The notes beneath the pieces are model-generated. The model was not told the origin of the DNA and did no database searches. It saw only the letters and a program-made list of their open reading frames with translations. Below, in pieces: positions 48,438 to 57,002 of a DNA stretch of 64,000 nucleotides. A program made the position numbers and the translations under genes. The stretch lies in the IMG/VR virus record IMGVR_UViG_2623620552_000001, positions 18,464 through 82,463 of that record, one strand, 5' to 3'. Within the stretch, counting starts at the first letter, position 1. Each line of letters opens with the position of its first letter. Source of the DNA: a virus. Lineage: Duplodnaviria; Caudoviricetes.

Positions 48438-48683
48438 TTAAAACTGCCCAAAGAACAAAACTTTAAAATTAGCACTGGTTTCGATATAACGGTTCTGTGC
48501 TTTTGCTACATTCCAGGCATTCTTCATCTCCTCTGCGGTTGCATTTACTATCTTCTCCACTTTCGCAAACTTCATCTTCTCTCTGTCGAGACAAATTCTT
48601 GCTCCAACTGGCAGATTAACCTTTGCGGGCTTGTAACCAATGCCTCCTCCTTCTACCTGATAGATAATAAATAACTGCTTCAT
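48438..48683 (-). CDS. Hypothetical protein
   Basis: Start moved to ATG 48683 (MKQLFII), directly after ATAGGAGATACAACA. Confidence 0.7.
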   Translation of the reverse strand: MKQLFIIYQVEGGGIGYKPAKVNLPVGARICLDREKMKFAKVEKIVNATAEEMKNAWNVAKAQNRYIETSANFKVLFFGQF

Positions 48684-48835
48684 TGTTGTATCTCCTATTT
48701 TTAAGTGAATAATTATTATTTTCATTCCAAATTTAATAATTTATTCTCATAGATTAATAATTTCTCTAAGAAATCTATAAGAATTTAAAGGAATTTAAGA
48801 TGATAAGAAGTGATTTTAAGACGTTTTAAGTAAAA

Positions 48836-50026
48836 TTACCCGACAATTCCAAGTATCTCCGATGCGCTCATTCCGCTTCCGTAACCACCCAAAATCTTTT
48901 CAAGTACAACATAACGGATTGCGTCGATACCGTGGTTGAAAGCATCAATAGGCTCATTGAGCCACTTACCCTCTTTGTCTTGACGATAGGTGTAGTTACG
49001 GAACTCCTTAATAAGATTGCTTGAAGTCCTTGTTATACATATTTTATATTCCTTCATCTTCATAAGTCCGGCATTGATTGAACCTGCGTACTTATGAACG
49101 GCTTTAATGTCAAGTCCAGCGTTATAGATTTCGTCTACCATACGAGGGTCGGCACTCTCGGAAATGATTTCGGGCTCCCATTCTATCTCTTTTAACTCTC
49201 TGATAATGTCAGATGTGAGCATATGTGTTTGGTAACACAACTCATTAAGATAGATTGTGTCTTTCCAAAAACATACCTCTATAATTGCCGTGGGGTCTGC
49301 GGCATAACCTAAGTCCATACCACAGAAACGATGTCTTGTCGCCTCTCTTGGTATGCGGTCTACTATCTCTATATGCGGGAACACCAATCCTTCTACGACG
49401 GCACGCTGTCCAAGACCATACACCTGCCAAAGGCTATTATTCTTCCATTGTAGGCTCTCAATTTCGTCAATGACTTTCTGTTCAAGAAATGGATTATCCT
49501 TGTAGGTGGAAATCCAGAAATGAGTGCGCTTTTCAAGGTTTACCTGATTAATCCAATGTTCTTCGGAGAATGAAGGGTTGTAGTCAATGATAGAAAAGGC
49601 AGTTGTGCGCATCTGTAACTGCTGCCATTCAAGGAATGATATTTCGTTTGCTTCATTAACAAAGAGAATCTGACGCTTAGAACCACGAAGTTTCTGCTCG
49701 TCCTCGCAAGAAAAGAACTCTATCCATGAGCCATTACCAAAAGTATAGACAAACTCCGACTTATTCATCTGGCGGTCATTCCATAGACCCCAGTCTATCA
49801 TAATCTCCTTGAAGTCACGGAATACCGACCTTTTTAGTGCAGGCATTGTCTTACGGACGATACTTACCGTAGTGCCTGGCACATCATAGCACATATGGAT
49901 AAGCCACTGAACGTTGGAATAGGTCTTAGAGCTACGCGACGACCCCTGTAAAGAAGCCGTCGTATAACCTTTCCTGTAAGCTGCGTCAAGCCTTACATAG
50001 TTCTTAGTGACATATCCTTGTGGCAT
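48836..50026 (-). CDS. terL: Terminase large subunit (PBSX-like)
   Basis: GSSRSSKT Walker A, ILFVNEANE Walker B, DYNPS, STYKDNPFL, GMDLGY..DP, NHGIDAIRY. Confidence 0.93.
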   Translation of the reverse strand: MPQGYVTKNYVRLDAAYRKGYTTASLQGSSRSSKTYSNVQWLIHMCYDVPGTTVSIVRKTMPALKRSVFRDFKEIMIDWGLWNDRQMNKSEFVYTFGNGSWIEFFSCEDEQKLRGSKRQILFVNEANEISFLEWQQLQMRTTAFSIIDYNPSFSEEHWINQVNLEKRTHFWISTYKDNPFLEQKVIDEIESLQWKNNSLWQVYGLGQRAVVEGLVFPHIEIVDRIPREATRHRFCGMDLGYAADPTAIIEVCFWKDTIYLNELCYQTHMLTSDIIRELKEIEWEPEIISESADPRMVDEIYNAGLDIKAVHKYAGSINAGLMKMKEYKICITRTSSNLIKEFRNYTYRQDKEGKWLNEPIDAFNHGIDAIRYVVLEKILGGYGSGMSASEILGIVG

Positions 50027-50032
50027 TGCTTG

Positions 50033-50509
50033 TTACTTTCCTTCCTTTTCCTCTGTGTTTGGTATTTCGTTCTCTATTTTTTCTAACTCTTCCTTGTTAG
50101 CAACAAAGATAAGTTTCATTGGCTCAGGCTGTAAATCCTTTCCGTTGGTGGTGATGTCGATATGCTGCTGGCTTCCATAGGCACGGTTTACAATCTTATC
50201 CACAACGTCAAGTCCTTTCTTAGAAAGAATACCTCTTGCGATGATACGTGTCATCATAGGCAGCTCTTTGTCGTTGAGAAGTTTCTTCAATTCTTCCTCG
50301 TTCAATGTGGCGATATAGAGATACATCTTTCCCATTTCCTCGTTGGAGGGAACGACAAGACCTGCATCCTCAAACTCCTTTATCATTGTGCGGATAGTGT
50401 TTCGTGGTCTGCCCTTCGGGTTCAGAACGTCACCTTTCTTTGCCATTCCTTTCTTAAGGTTGGCGAGCTGATTGCTCCTTTTCTTCGGGTCTCTGCTTAA
50501 TCCTCCCAT
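50033..50509 (-). CDS. Putative terminase small subunit
   Basis: NPKGRP motif and DITTNGKD tail; immediately upstream of terL. Confidence 0.7.
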   Translation of the reverse strand: MGGLSRDPKKRSNQLANLKKGMAKKGDVLNPKGRPRNTIRTMIKEFEDAGLVVPSNEEMGKMYLYIATLNEEELKKLLNDKELPMMTRIIARGILSKKGLDVVDKIVNRAYGSQQHIDITTNGKDLQPEPMKLIFVANKEELEKIENEIPNTEEKEGK

Positions 50510-50552
50510 ACTCCTAATACACTCCTATTAACATATAACTACATAAAACCGC

Positions 50553-51416
50553 TTAAAACGACATATTTTTCCGTAGATTGCAACAATCGTCCCTGTTCGG
50601 GTTTACCTTGCGCTGCCAGTAATCGTAGTGCTCGCTCACGTCTTCACAAACAGTCAGCTCTTTGAATCCTTTTATCAGGCTAAGATACTTTATCTTCAAC
50701 TCCAGAGGCATATGAATATAGCCACTTTGATTGAAAGTATAGTCGGAGTAATCAATATTGAACCATTTGCGAATCCAAGTGTTCACGCGAAGAAACTCTA
50801 CAAGTATCTTGTCGCATTGAACGTTGTTGATAATACCCATATCCAAGACGCCTTTCTCTATGAACTGAGGAATATAAGGGGAGAGCCGTAGTTGTACGTC
50901 AAACCCTGCTGATTGCAATTTCTCTATCGCTGCTATCCTTTTTGTCGGGGGAGTGGCTTTTTCATACAGCCGACAGAAAGAATCGTCAGTACAGGTTACC
51001 GTAATCTGTATATGAGCGAGGTCTTTTCTCATAAGTGCCATATAATCGTCATCCGCCACCATATCTGATTTGGTGACAATGAGATAACCTATATTCTGCT
51101 TATTCAACTCCTCTATGGTATGGAAAGTGGCTCTATGATGGCGTTCTAATGGCTGAAAGCAATCAGTCATACCTCCAAGACGGACAATATCGCCCTCTTT
51201 AAGGTTACGCCTGATGGTTCTGTGTACTTTCTGTATATTCACTACGGAAGGCTCAGAGGCATTCCATAGCTTGCGGAAATCAAGCAGGCTCTTAGCGTAA
51301 CAGTACTTGCAATCATGCTGACAGCCACAGCCATAAGTATCAAGCCTTGTAGGGTAATGACACTTATTCCCTTCATTCCCTTTAACGGTTTTAAAAAATG
51401 ATTGAAACTCTTTCAT
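50553..51416 (-). CDS. Radical SAM protein (SplB-like)
   Basis: DTYGCGCQHDCKYC, RLGGMTDCFQP, VTKS, RLSP. Confidence 0.85.
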   Translation of the reverse strand: MKEFQSFFKTVKGNEGNKCHYPTRLDTYGCGCQHDCKYCYAKSLLDFRKLWNASEPSVVNIQKVHRTIRRNLKEGDIVRLGGMTDCFQPLERHHRATFHTIEELNKQNIGYLIVTKSDMVADDDYMALMRKDLAHIQITVTCTDDSFCRLYEKATPPTKRIAAIEKLQSAGFDVQLRLSPYIPQFIEKGVLDMGIINNVQCDKILVEFLRVNTWIRKWFNIDYSDYTFNQSGYIHMPLELKIKYLSLIKGFKELTVCEDVSEHYDYWQRKVNPNRDDCCNLRKNMSF

Positions 51417-51422
51417 AACCTG

Positions 51423-51734
51423 TTATCTTGCGTTATCAACGTCTTCCCTTGCCATTGCCCTACATTGACTGAGTACACTTATATATTCGCCCAACTTCCC
51501 GTTAAATAGAAGCATCGCACACTCATTTATGAATGTCGGGTATTCCAACTCCTTATACTTTATCATTTCTTTGGTAGAGCAAGACAGTAGATACTCCATT
51601 ATAAGCACCTTATGAGAGGCTGGAAGGATATTGTTCTCCAATTTCTTGCCAGTCACTCTCTCCAAGATACCTTTCGGGGTTGTCCGTCTATTCCTCTCTT
51701 TCATCGTCTGACTCTGGTGTGCTCTGAATAGCAT
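51423..51734 (-). CDS. Hypothetical protein
   Basis: About 100-aa ORF in the operon. Confidence 0.6.
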   Translation of the reverse strand: MLFRAHQSQTMKERNRRTTPKGILERVTGKKLENNILPASHKVLIMEYLLSCSTKEMIKYKELEYPTFINECAMLLFNGKLGEYISVLSQCRAMAREDVDNAR

Positions 51735-51954
51735 TGTAGAACTTCTCAGAATCCGTAATAGTTATGAGTTTGTTGCAACCGATAACTTTACCATTCTCCA
51801 TCTTGGGCTGTTCGCCTACGGTGTAAGGGATATTATTTGCTTTTAACTGCTTCTCTACTTCGGTAGCGATATTGCTTGCTAATGATGCGGAGAGGTTTTC
51901 GTTAAACATCTCTTTAAGGAGATTACTATCCATGTTTGCTTTCTTTCTTACCAT
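51688..51954 (-). CDS. Hypothetical protein
   Basis: 88-aa ORF after folE. Confidence 0.6.
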   Translation of the reverse strand: MVRKKANMDSNLLKEMFNENLSASLASNIATEVEKQLKANNIPYTVGEQPKMENGKVIGCNKLITITDSEKFYNAIQSTPESDDEREE

Positions 51955-51958
51955 AGTC

Positions 51959-52573
51959 TTATACTTCTGTTACGTTTCCTACTTGGTGCATAAACTCTTC
52001 TCTTACAATCGGGTCGTCACGGAAAGCGCCTTCAATGACCGTTGTTGTCATTATGCCTTTCTTTCTTGCACCGCGACTTTCTTTACACATATGACGACCC
52101 TTCATTACAAGAGCAATTCCGAGAGGCTCAGGTGCGCCGTCTTTCATCAGGGCTTCTTTGAGCATTGCCACGATGTCGTGAGAAAGACGCTCTTGTACTT
52201 GTAACTTTGCTGAACAGTAGTCTACCACACGTCCAATCTTGGAGATTCCGAGGATTCTTCCTTCTGGTGCTGGTATGTAAGCAAACCAGTACTTTCCGAA
52301 GAAGTCCTTCATATGATGCTCACACTGAGAATAGAAATCCCCTTGGTCGATAACCATATTGTCGTAAGTGATTCCGTCCGTTCCGTTAGGGAATGTAGTA
52401 ATCTTCGGTGCTTTTGTTTGGTCGTAGCCACGATAGATTTCTTTGAACATCTTACTAATTCTGTGGGGTGTTCCCTTCAATCCTTCGCGGTCCGGATCTT
52501 CACCTATCTCTATAAGAAGCTGTCGTACCAACTTCTCTATAACCAAATCTTTTTCGCTTCTTTCCTTTTCCAT
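51959..52573 (-). CDS. folE: GTP cyclohydrolase I
   Basis: GEDPDREGL..TP.R, CEHH, GISKI.R, QVQERL, HMC..SRG. Confidence 0.95.
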   Translation of the reverse strand: MEKERSEKDLVIEKLVRQLLIEIGEDPDREGLKGTPHRISKMFKEIYRGYDQTKAPKITTFPNGTDGITYDNMVIDQGDFYSQCEHHMKDFFGKYWFAYIPAPEGRILGISKIGRVVDYCSAKLQVQERLSHDIVAMLKEALMKDGAPEPLGIALVMKGRHMCKESRGARKKGIMTTTVIEGAFRDDPIVREEFMHQVGNVTEV

Positions 52574-52577
52574 AATC

Positions 52578-53177
52578 TTATCTTACTTTAAGTATTTTCT
52601 GTTGTTGAAGAGAAAGTTTCCATTTAGGATGGTTCTTAACCCACTCTACACATTTCTTAATGATATAATCGTTCATCTCCTTGTCGCCAGTGTCGCAAGG
52701 TTGGATATAGTACTCTTTGGCACTTATTCCAAAAGCGTCAGGCTCTTGGACGGCATCATAGACAACTTTTACTTCGTCAGCCTTTGTCAGCCACACGCTA
52801 CCTCCGCTCACATATGCTTTCTTTGGCGATGCCGTAATCCAATTGATGTTTCTCGGAACTTCTCTTGTGGCATTGGTTTCCATTGCCACATAGTATCCGT
52901 TAGCGTGTAGCATATCAACAAAATCTTCCGTTACTTGCAACGTTGGCTCTCCGCCTGTAAGTACGACAAAATTGCATTGACTATACTCTAAGAGTTCTTT
53001 GAGTATGTCTTTTGCTTTCATCTTCTTGTAAGAAGCAAAGTCGGTATCACAGAAAGGGCATTTTAGATTACACCCTGAGAAACGAATAAAAATTGCTGCT
53101 CTTCCGGCCCATCTTCCTTCTCCTTGGAGAGAATAGAAGATTTCATTCACCATGTATTCCTTTTCTATCATATTCAT
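52578..53177 (-). CDS. queE: 7-carboxy-7-deazaguanine synthase
   Basis: EIFYSLQGEG, FIRFSGCNLKCPFCDT, LTGGEP, ETN. Confidence 0.95.
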   Translation of the reverse strand: MNMIEKEYMVNEIFYSLQGEGRWAGRAAIFIRFSGCNLKCPFCDTDFASYKKMKAKDILKELLEYSQCNFVVLTGGEPTLQVTEDFVDMLHANGYYVAMETNATREVPRNINWITASPKKAYVSGGSVWLTKADEVKVVYDAVQEPDAFGISAKEYYIQPCDTGDKEMNDYIIKKCVEWVKNHPKWKLSLQQQKILKVR

Positions 53178-53180
53178 ATC

Positions 53181-53555
53181 TTAGAGAAGTTTATAGATGT
53201 CAAGATGAAAGTCGAGGTCGGTGGCAACGGCAATGTTACCCTCGCTCTCCTGCACCATTGCTTTGTAGCATTCGGGGATTTGCTGAGTGCACCATTTAGC
53301 GATATTCTCTGCCGTAGGGTTAAAGTCGAGGATTTCGTTAAGATTGCCGTGGTCTAAGCGTCCGTGAATCTTCTCTTTGATATGCTTAAAATCACATACC
53401 ATTCCGTCCTTGTTCAACTCTTTTGCAGCACAATACAATGTAATTATCCAGTTGTGTCCGTGAAGGTTCTGACACTTACTTTCATAGGAGAGGTTGAGAC
53501 GATGTGCGCCTGCTATCTCCATACGCTTCGATACGCAATAAATAAAGTTTTCCAT
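53181..53555 (-). CDS. queD: 6-carboxytetrahydropterin synthase
   Basis: AHRL, C.NLHGHNW, LDH..LN, PTAENIA, ES. Confidence 0.95.
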   Translation of the reverse strand: MENFIYCVSKRMEIAGAHRLNLSYESKCQNLHGHNWIITLYCAAKELNKDGMVCDFKHIKEKIHGRLDHGNLNEILDFNPTAENIAKWCTQQIPECYKAMVQESEGNIAVATDLDFHLDIYKLL

Positions 53556-53572
53556 AATTCTTCTTAATTAAT

Positions 53573-53603
53573 TTTGTTATCTGAATCTTTCTTATTAATT
53601 TTG
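53573..53603 (+). promoter_or_regulatory. Consensus Bacteroidetes promoter TTTG-N19-TAATTTTG, antisense to the que operon
   Basis: TTTG at 53573-53576 and TAATTTTG at 53596-53603. Confidence 0.7.
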
Positions 53604-53609
53604 CCCTTT

Positions 53610-53727
53610 GAAAATGGGTATCGGTTGAAACGAAGGCATCTTACGTCCTTTACACGTATTTTCGAGGTAGGCGATGCCGCCTATGACCCTCTTTAAGCCA
53701 GCATAGGGGTGAAAGCCCCCTTTTTTT
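53610..53727 (+). ncRNA. Candidate structured small RNA convergent with the 188-aa nuclease gene
   Basis: Outer GGGT..GG/CC..ACCC stem, GGCATC/GATGCC stem, inner tacgt-cctttac-acgta hairpin, and terminator gggg-tgaaag-cccc plus T-tract. Confidence 0.62.
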
Positions 53728-54292
53728 ATTTGTCGAACTGATGCTCATAGACTTCGCCTTTAGAGTTTACAACTAACACAACTTTTGCCTTGAATTCCCA
53801 TTTCGGTGTAATGCTCTGATAATGCTTCATGCCGTCTTCTATATCCTTTCTATGAAAGAGGTTGTGCCTGTCATATATGAGAGCGATTTCCGAATGCTTT
53901 TTGTTTGCGTGTACGATAGCATTCTTTACTGTCACCTTTGCTTCGTCCTTGATACTCTTAGGCGTTGTCTGCTCATATGTTATCTGACTGACCGTACCTT
54001 CTGAGAATTTGCCTTTTTGCATGTTAGTTGCGTATATCTCGTAGCCCGGTCCTTCGGGGGTCAATACGACGTTGAATCCAGCGTCAGAAAGAGCTTTCGC
54101 AGCTTCCATCTCCTCTATGTGGTATTCGTGGCCTGTCATATAGGCTACATAAGCACCACTTACGGCAGAGATTGACGAATTGGATGGGTCATACTGACCT
54201 GTCGCCATACGAGCGTTGAAATCCGCAAGGTTAGCAGCCTTTCCTGCCGCAGAGGGCTGAACTATCCGAGTGCTACCGAATGCCTTTGCCAT
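53726..54292 (-). CDS. MAKxxGxT-leader protein with CdiA-like PD-(D/E)xK nuclease-type domain
   Basis: E.EAAKAL...G..VVL.PE...K.SEG.V....YEQTTP...AI.HA..K pattern; catalytic residues are variant. Confidence 0.6.
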   Translation of the reverse strand: MAKAFGSTRIVQPSAAGKAANLADFNARMATGQYDPSNSSISAVSGAYVAYMTGHEYHIEEMEAAKALSDAGFNVVLTPEGPGYEIYATNMQKGKFSEGTVSQITYEQTTPKSIKDEAKVTVKNAIVHANKKHSEIALIYDRHNLFHRKDIEDGMKHYQSITPKWEFKAKVVLVVNSKGEVYEHQFDK

Positions 54293-54299
54293 ACCTCAG

Positions 54300-54953
54300 T
54301 TACTCCTCGTACTCTGTCGGGTCGTCGATACCTGCATCCCTTAGAGCCTCTTTGCGCTCTACACAAGTGCCACATTTTCCGCAATGTTTCTCTCCACCTT
54401 TGTAGCAAGACCATGTTTCGGCATAATTGAGCCCGATTGCTTTGCCTCTCTTGGCGATGTCTGTCTTTGATATATTAGTATAGGGAGCGAAGATTTCAAC
54501 GCCCTCATACGTGCCTTTTTTCATTGCATCGGACATTGCATCGACGAACTCCTTTCGGCAGTCGGGGTAGATTGCGTGGTCACCCGAATGGTTTGCTATC
54601 ATTACTCGGTGCAGATTGTTTGATTCTGCTAACCCGCAGGCAATAGCAAGCATAATGCCGTTACGGAAAGGAACAACTGTTGACTTCATATTCTCGTCGG
54701 CATAATGCCCCTCGGGAATAGCGTCCGCACCTTCAAGGAGAGAGGATTTGAAGTATTGGTGCATAAACTCCAGAGGAATGATAAGGTGCTTGATACCTAA
54801 TCTTTCGCAGTGCAGTTTTGCAAAACCAATCTCTTTCTCCGCATGGTTGCTACCGTAGTTAAAAGTAACCGCCATAGCGATTTCGTCTTTAAATTCGTTC
54901 AGGAGAGTTATTGAATCCATACCTCCAGAAACAACAATCAGAGCGTCTTTCAT
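54300..54953 (-). CDS. queC: 7-cyano-7-deazaguanine synthase
   Basis: SGGMDS, VPFRN, YPDCR, TWSCY, CGKCGTC. Confidence 0.96.
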   Translation of the reverse strand: MKDALIVVSGGMDSITLLNEFKDEIAMAVTFNYGSNHAEKEIGFAKLHCERLGIKHLIIPLEFMHQYFKSSLLEGADAIPEGHYADENMKSTVVPFRNGIMLAIACGLAESNNLHRVMIANHSGDHAIYPDCRKEFVDAMSDAMKKGTYEGVEIFAPYTNISKTDIAKRGKAIGLNYAETWSCYKGGEKHCGKCGTCVERKEALRDAGIDDPTEYEE

Positions 54954-54959
54954 TTTCTT

Positions 54960-55433
54960 TTACTCATTACGGAATACTGCTGCCATACGCTGTGTTGCAA
55001 GCGCTTGATACTTCTCATCGCCTACATAGTTAGCGAAAGGATAGATAGAGATACCACCTCTTGGGTTGAAGATGCCGATTACCTCCAGATACTTCGGCTC
55101 CATCAGCTTAACAAGGTCTTTCATAATCATATTGACACAATCCTCATGGAAATCTCCGTGATTACGGAATGAGAAGAGATAGAGTTTGAGTGACTTACTC
55201 TCAACCATCTTCTCACGGGGAATGTAGTTGATGATAATCTTTGCGAAGTCGGGCTGATGTGTCTTAGGGCACAGGCTTGTAAACTCAGGACAGTTGAACG
55301 TCACCACATAGTCATTGTCGGGGTGCTTGTTGATGAACGTCTCCAGTACCTCGGGTGCATAGTCTGTTGGGTACTTCGTGTGCTGATTGCCTAACAGGGA
55401 AACATTTCCTAATTCGTTTTCTTTTCTACTCAT
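54960..55433 (-). CDS. queF: preQ0 reductase (unimodular QueF)
   Basis: EFTSLCP.T.QPDFA, QueF signature [17 protein letters not shown]. Confidence 0.95.
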   Translation of the reverse strand: MSRKENELGNVSLLGNQHTKYPTDYAPEVLETFINKHPDNDYVVTFNCPEFTSLCPKTHQPDFAKIIINYIPREKMVESKSLKLYLFSFRNHGDFHEDCVNMIMKDLVKLMEPKYLEVIGIFNPRGGISIYPFANYVGDEKYQALATQRMAAVFRNE

Positions 55434-55447
55434 AATCTTCTATATAT

Positions 55448-56194
55448 TTAAATGGTTGGTAAATTCTTTATTGCGTAATCTTGATAGAGTCGCCATTGCT
55501 GCAAGTTATACTTTTCGATGATAGCACCATTAGCTTTGTGGCCTGCGGGACGAGTAACCATCTTCATCACCTTTTTCTCTTTGTCAAAGACACACATAGA
55601 GCCGTAACGTTTTCCCATAGACCATGTGCTGCTATCCACACTGTCGAAATGGAACTTTGGCAGTAGGGAGGTCTTTGTGAAGCCCAACCCGTGTATTTTA
55701 CAATTATGCTGATGGGCGAGTTTAATCATCTTTGGCGCATACTTTTCTGTTACCTTAGTTGATAATCCTTCGGTAAGAAAGAATCCAAGACAGATACGGG
55801 GGTAATCTTTGCAATCTCGCACGAAACTCTCCGTGCCCCTTATAGTATGCCATACAGGGATAGACTGCCAACCTACGAGGTTTTCCAGTTTGTCACGGAT
55901 GCGACGAGTCTGCTCTACTCCTTCTATCTGGTCCACGTCTAACTCTACATAGTCCTTTATCTTATAGTCACGAATGAATGCAGCATAGTTTCTTATATAC
56001 TCGTCCATGTTGACATACTTACCCGAATTAATAAAGGTAAAGATTCCGCTATCAAGTAGAAAGTTGCGCATATTCGGAATCTCCGCAACGAGTTTCGGCA
56101 GGCTCTGACAATAGTAGTAAGACGAAAGCACATCGGCACCTCGCAGACAGTCATACGGCTGTATCAATGATGTTATGGCGAGATATACTATCAT
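55448..56194 (-). CDS. TGT-fold/DpdA-like base-exchange enzyme
   Basis: FLLDSGIFT, ELD, PVWH, IHGLG, FDSVDSSTW; located in the preQ1 cluster. Confidence 0.72.
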   Translation of the reverse strand: MIVYLAITSLIQPYDCLRGADVLSSYYYCQSLPKLVAEIPNMRNFLLDSGIFTFINSGKYVNMDEYIRNYAAFIRDYKIKDYVELDVDQIEGVEQTRRIRDKLENLVGWQSIPVWHTIRGTESFVRDCKDYPRICLGFFLTEGLSTKVTEKYAPKMIKLAHQHNCKIHGLGFTKTSLLPKFHFDSVDSSTWSMGKRYGSMCVFDKEKKVMKMVTRPAGHKANGAIIEKYNLQQWRLYQDYAIKNLPTI

Positions 56195-56195
56195 C

Positions 56196-56822
56196 TTACT
56201 TCTTTATTGTGCATCCTTCCCACTCTTCAAGCGTCACTTTCAGTGCCTCTTTGATGTCATCTACCTTGTCGCCCATTTCGTTAGGAACTTCGATAGTGAT
56301 TGTGATAGGCTTCTCTTTCTGCGTTGCTTCGTGCTCCTCATACAATCCCGACAGGTCCATATCTTCCTCGTCCGAGGTAAGGAACGAAACATCCATACCC
56401 CAATCCTCTAAGTCCGAAACATCCCAATCGTCGTTGGCAAGTGCATCCCAATCGGTGTTACCGAAAGCAATGTTATCCTTGATGACAAACTCTTTCAGTT
56501 TCTCTACGGGCGTTTCTTTCTTGAAGATATAGCAAGGGAACTCGGTTATGCCGACCTCACGACCTGCAAGGAAACGCATATTGCCGCCGATGATAATGTA
56601 GTGTCCGTTATCAAGCGGATAGACCTTCAAGGGGTTGGCTTCAAGGAACTCGGGCGATTGCTCCAGAGAAAGTTTGAGTTTAGCAAACCTCTCGTCCTTG
56701 ATATAACGAGGGTTCTTTGGAAGGCCTTCAAGCTGTCCGTCATTTTGTTCGATTAAGGATGCGGAAAGGACGTGAGTATAGTCCAATTTCTGCGCTTCTG
56801 CGATGTCGTTTTTCTTTGCCAT
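56196..56822 (-). CDS. ParB N-terminal-like domain protein
   Basis: KNPR.I....F..L..S, IIGGNMR, IKDN..FG..DW..L; late-type promoter (-7 box 56849-56857, 9-mer 56901-56909). Confidence 0.82.
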   Translation of the reverse strand: MAKKNDIAEAQKLDYTHVLSASLIEQNDGQLEGLPKNPRYIKDERFAKLKLSLEQSPEFLEANPLKVYPLDNGHYIIIGGNMRFLAGREVGITEFPCYIFKKETPVEKLKEFVIKDNIAFGNTDWDALANDDWDVSDLEDWGMDVSFLTSDEEDMDLSGLYEEHEATQKEKPITITIEVPNEMGDKVDDIKEALKVTLEEWEGCTIKK

Positions 56823-56928
56823 ATCTTTGCTGTTTTATTCAATTTTATGCAAAGATACGGGTATTATATATAGTTTTACGGATTTTAAGGTGTTAGCGTG
56901 TAAACAAATAGGGTTTGCAAGGCTTTAA

Positions 56929-56990
56929 ACTTGTTTATTGTCATCTACCACACTTCTGTCTGCGCTTTTTTCTTTTTCTCTACCTTTGCA
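56929..56990 (+). promoter_or_regulatory. Putative late promoter: ACTTGTTTA-N43-TACCTTTGC
   Basis: 9-mer at 56929-56937, -7 box at 56981-56989. Confidence 0.7.
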
Positions 56991-57002
56991 AGAAAATAGA
57001 AT

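Noticed and set aside
41806-56822. Other proteins starting MAK (major tail, 46560-46760, ParB-like) as members of the leader family
   Set aside because: They lack the GxT residues and the Ser/Ala-rich linker; MAK alone is a common start.
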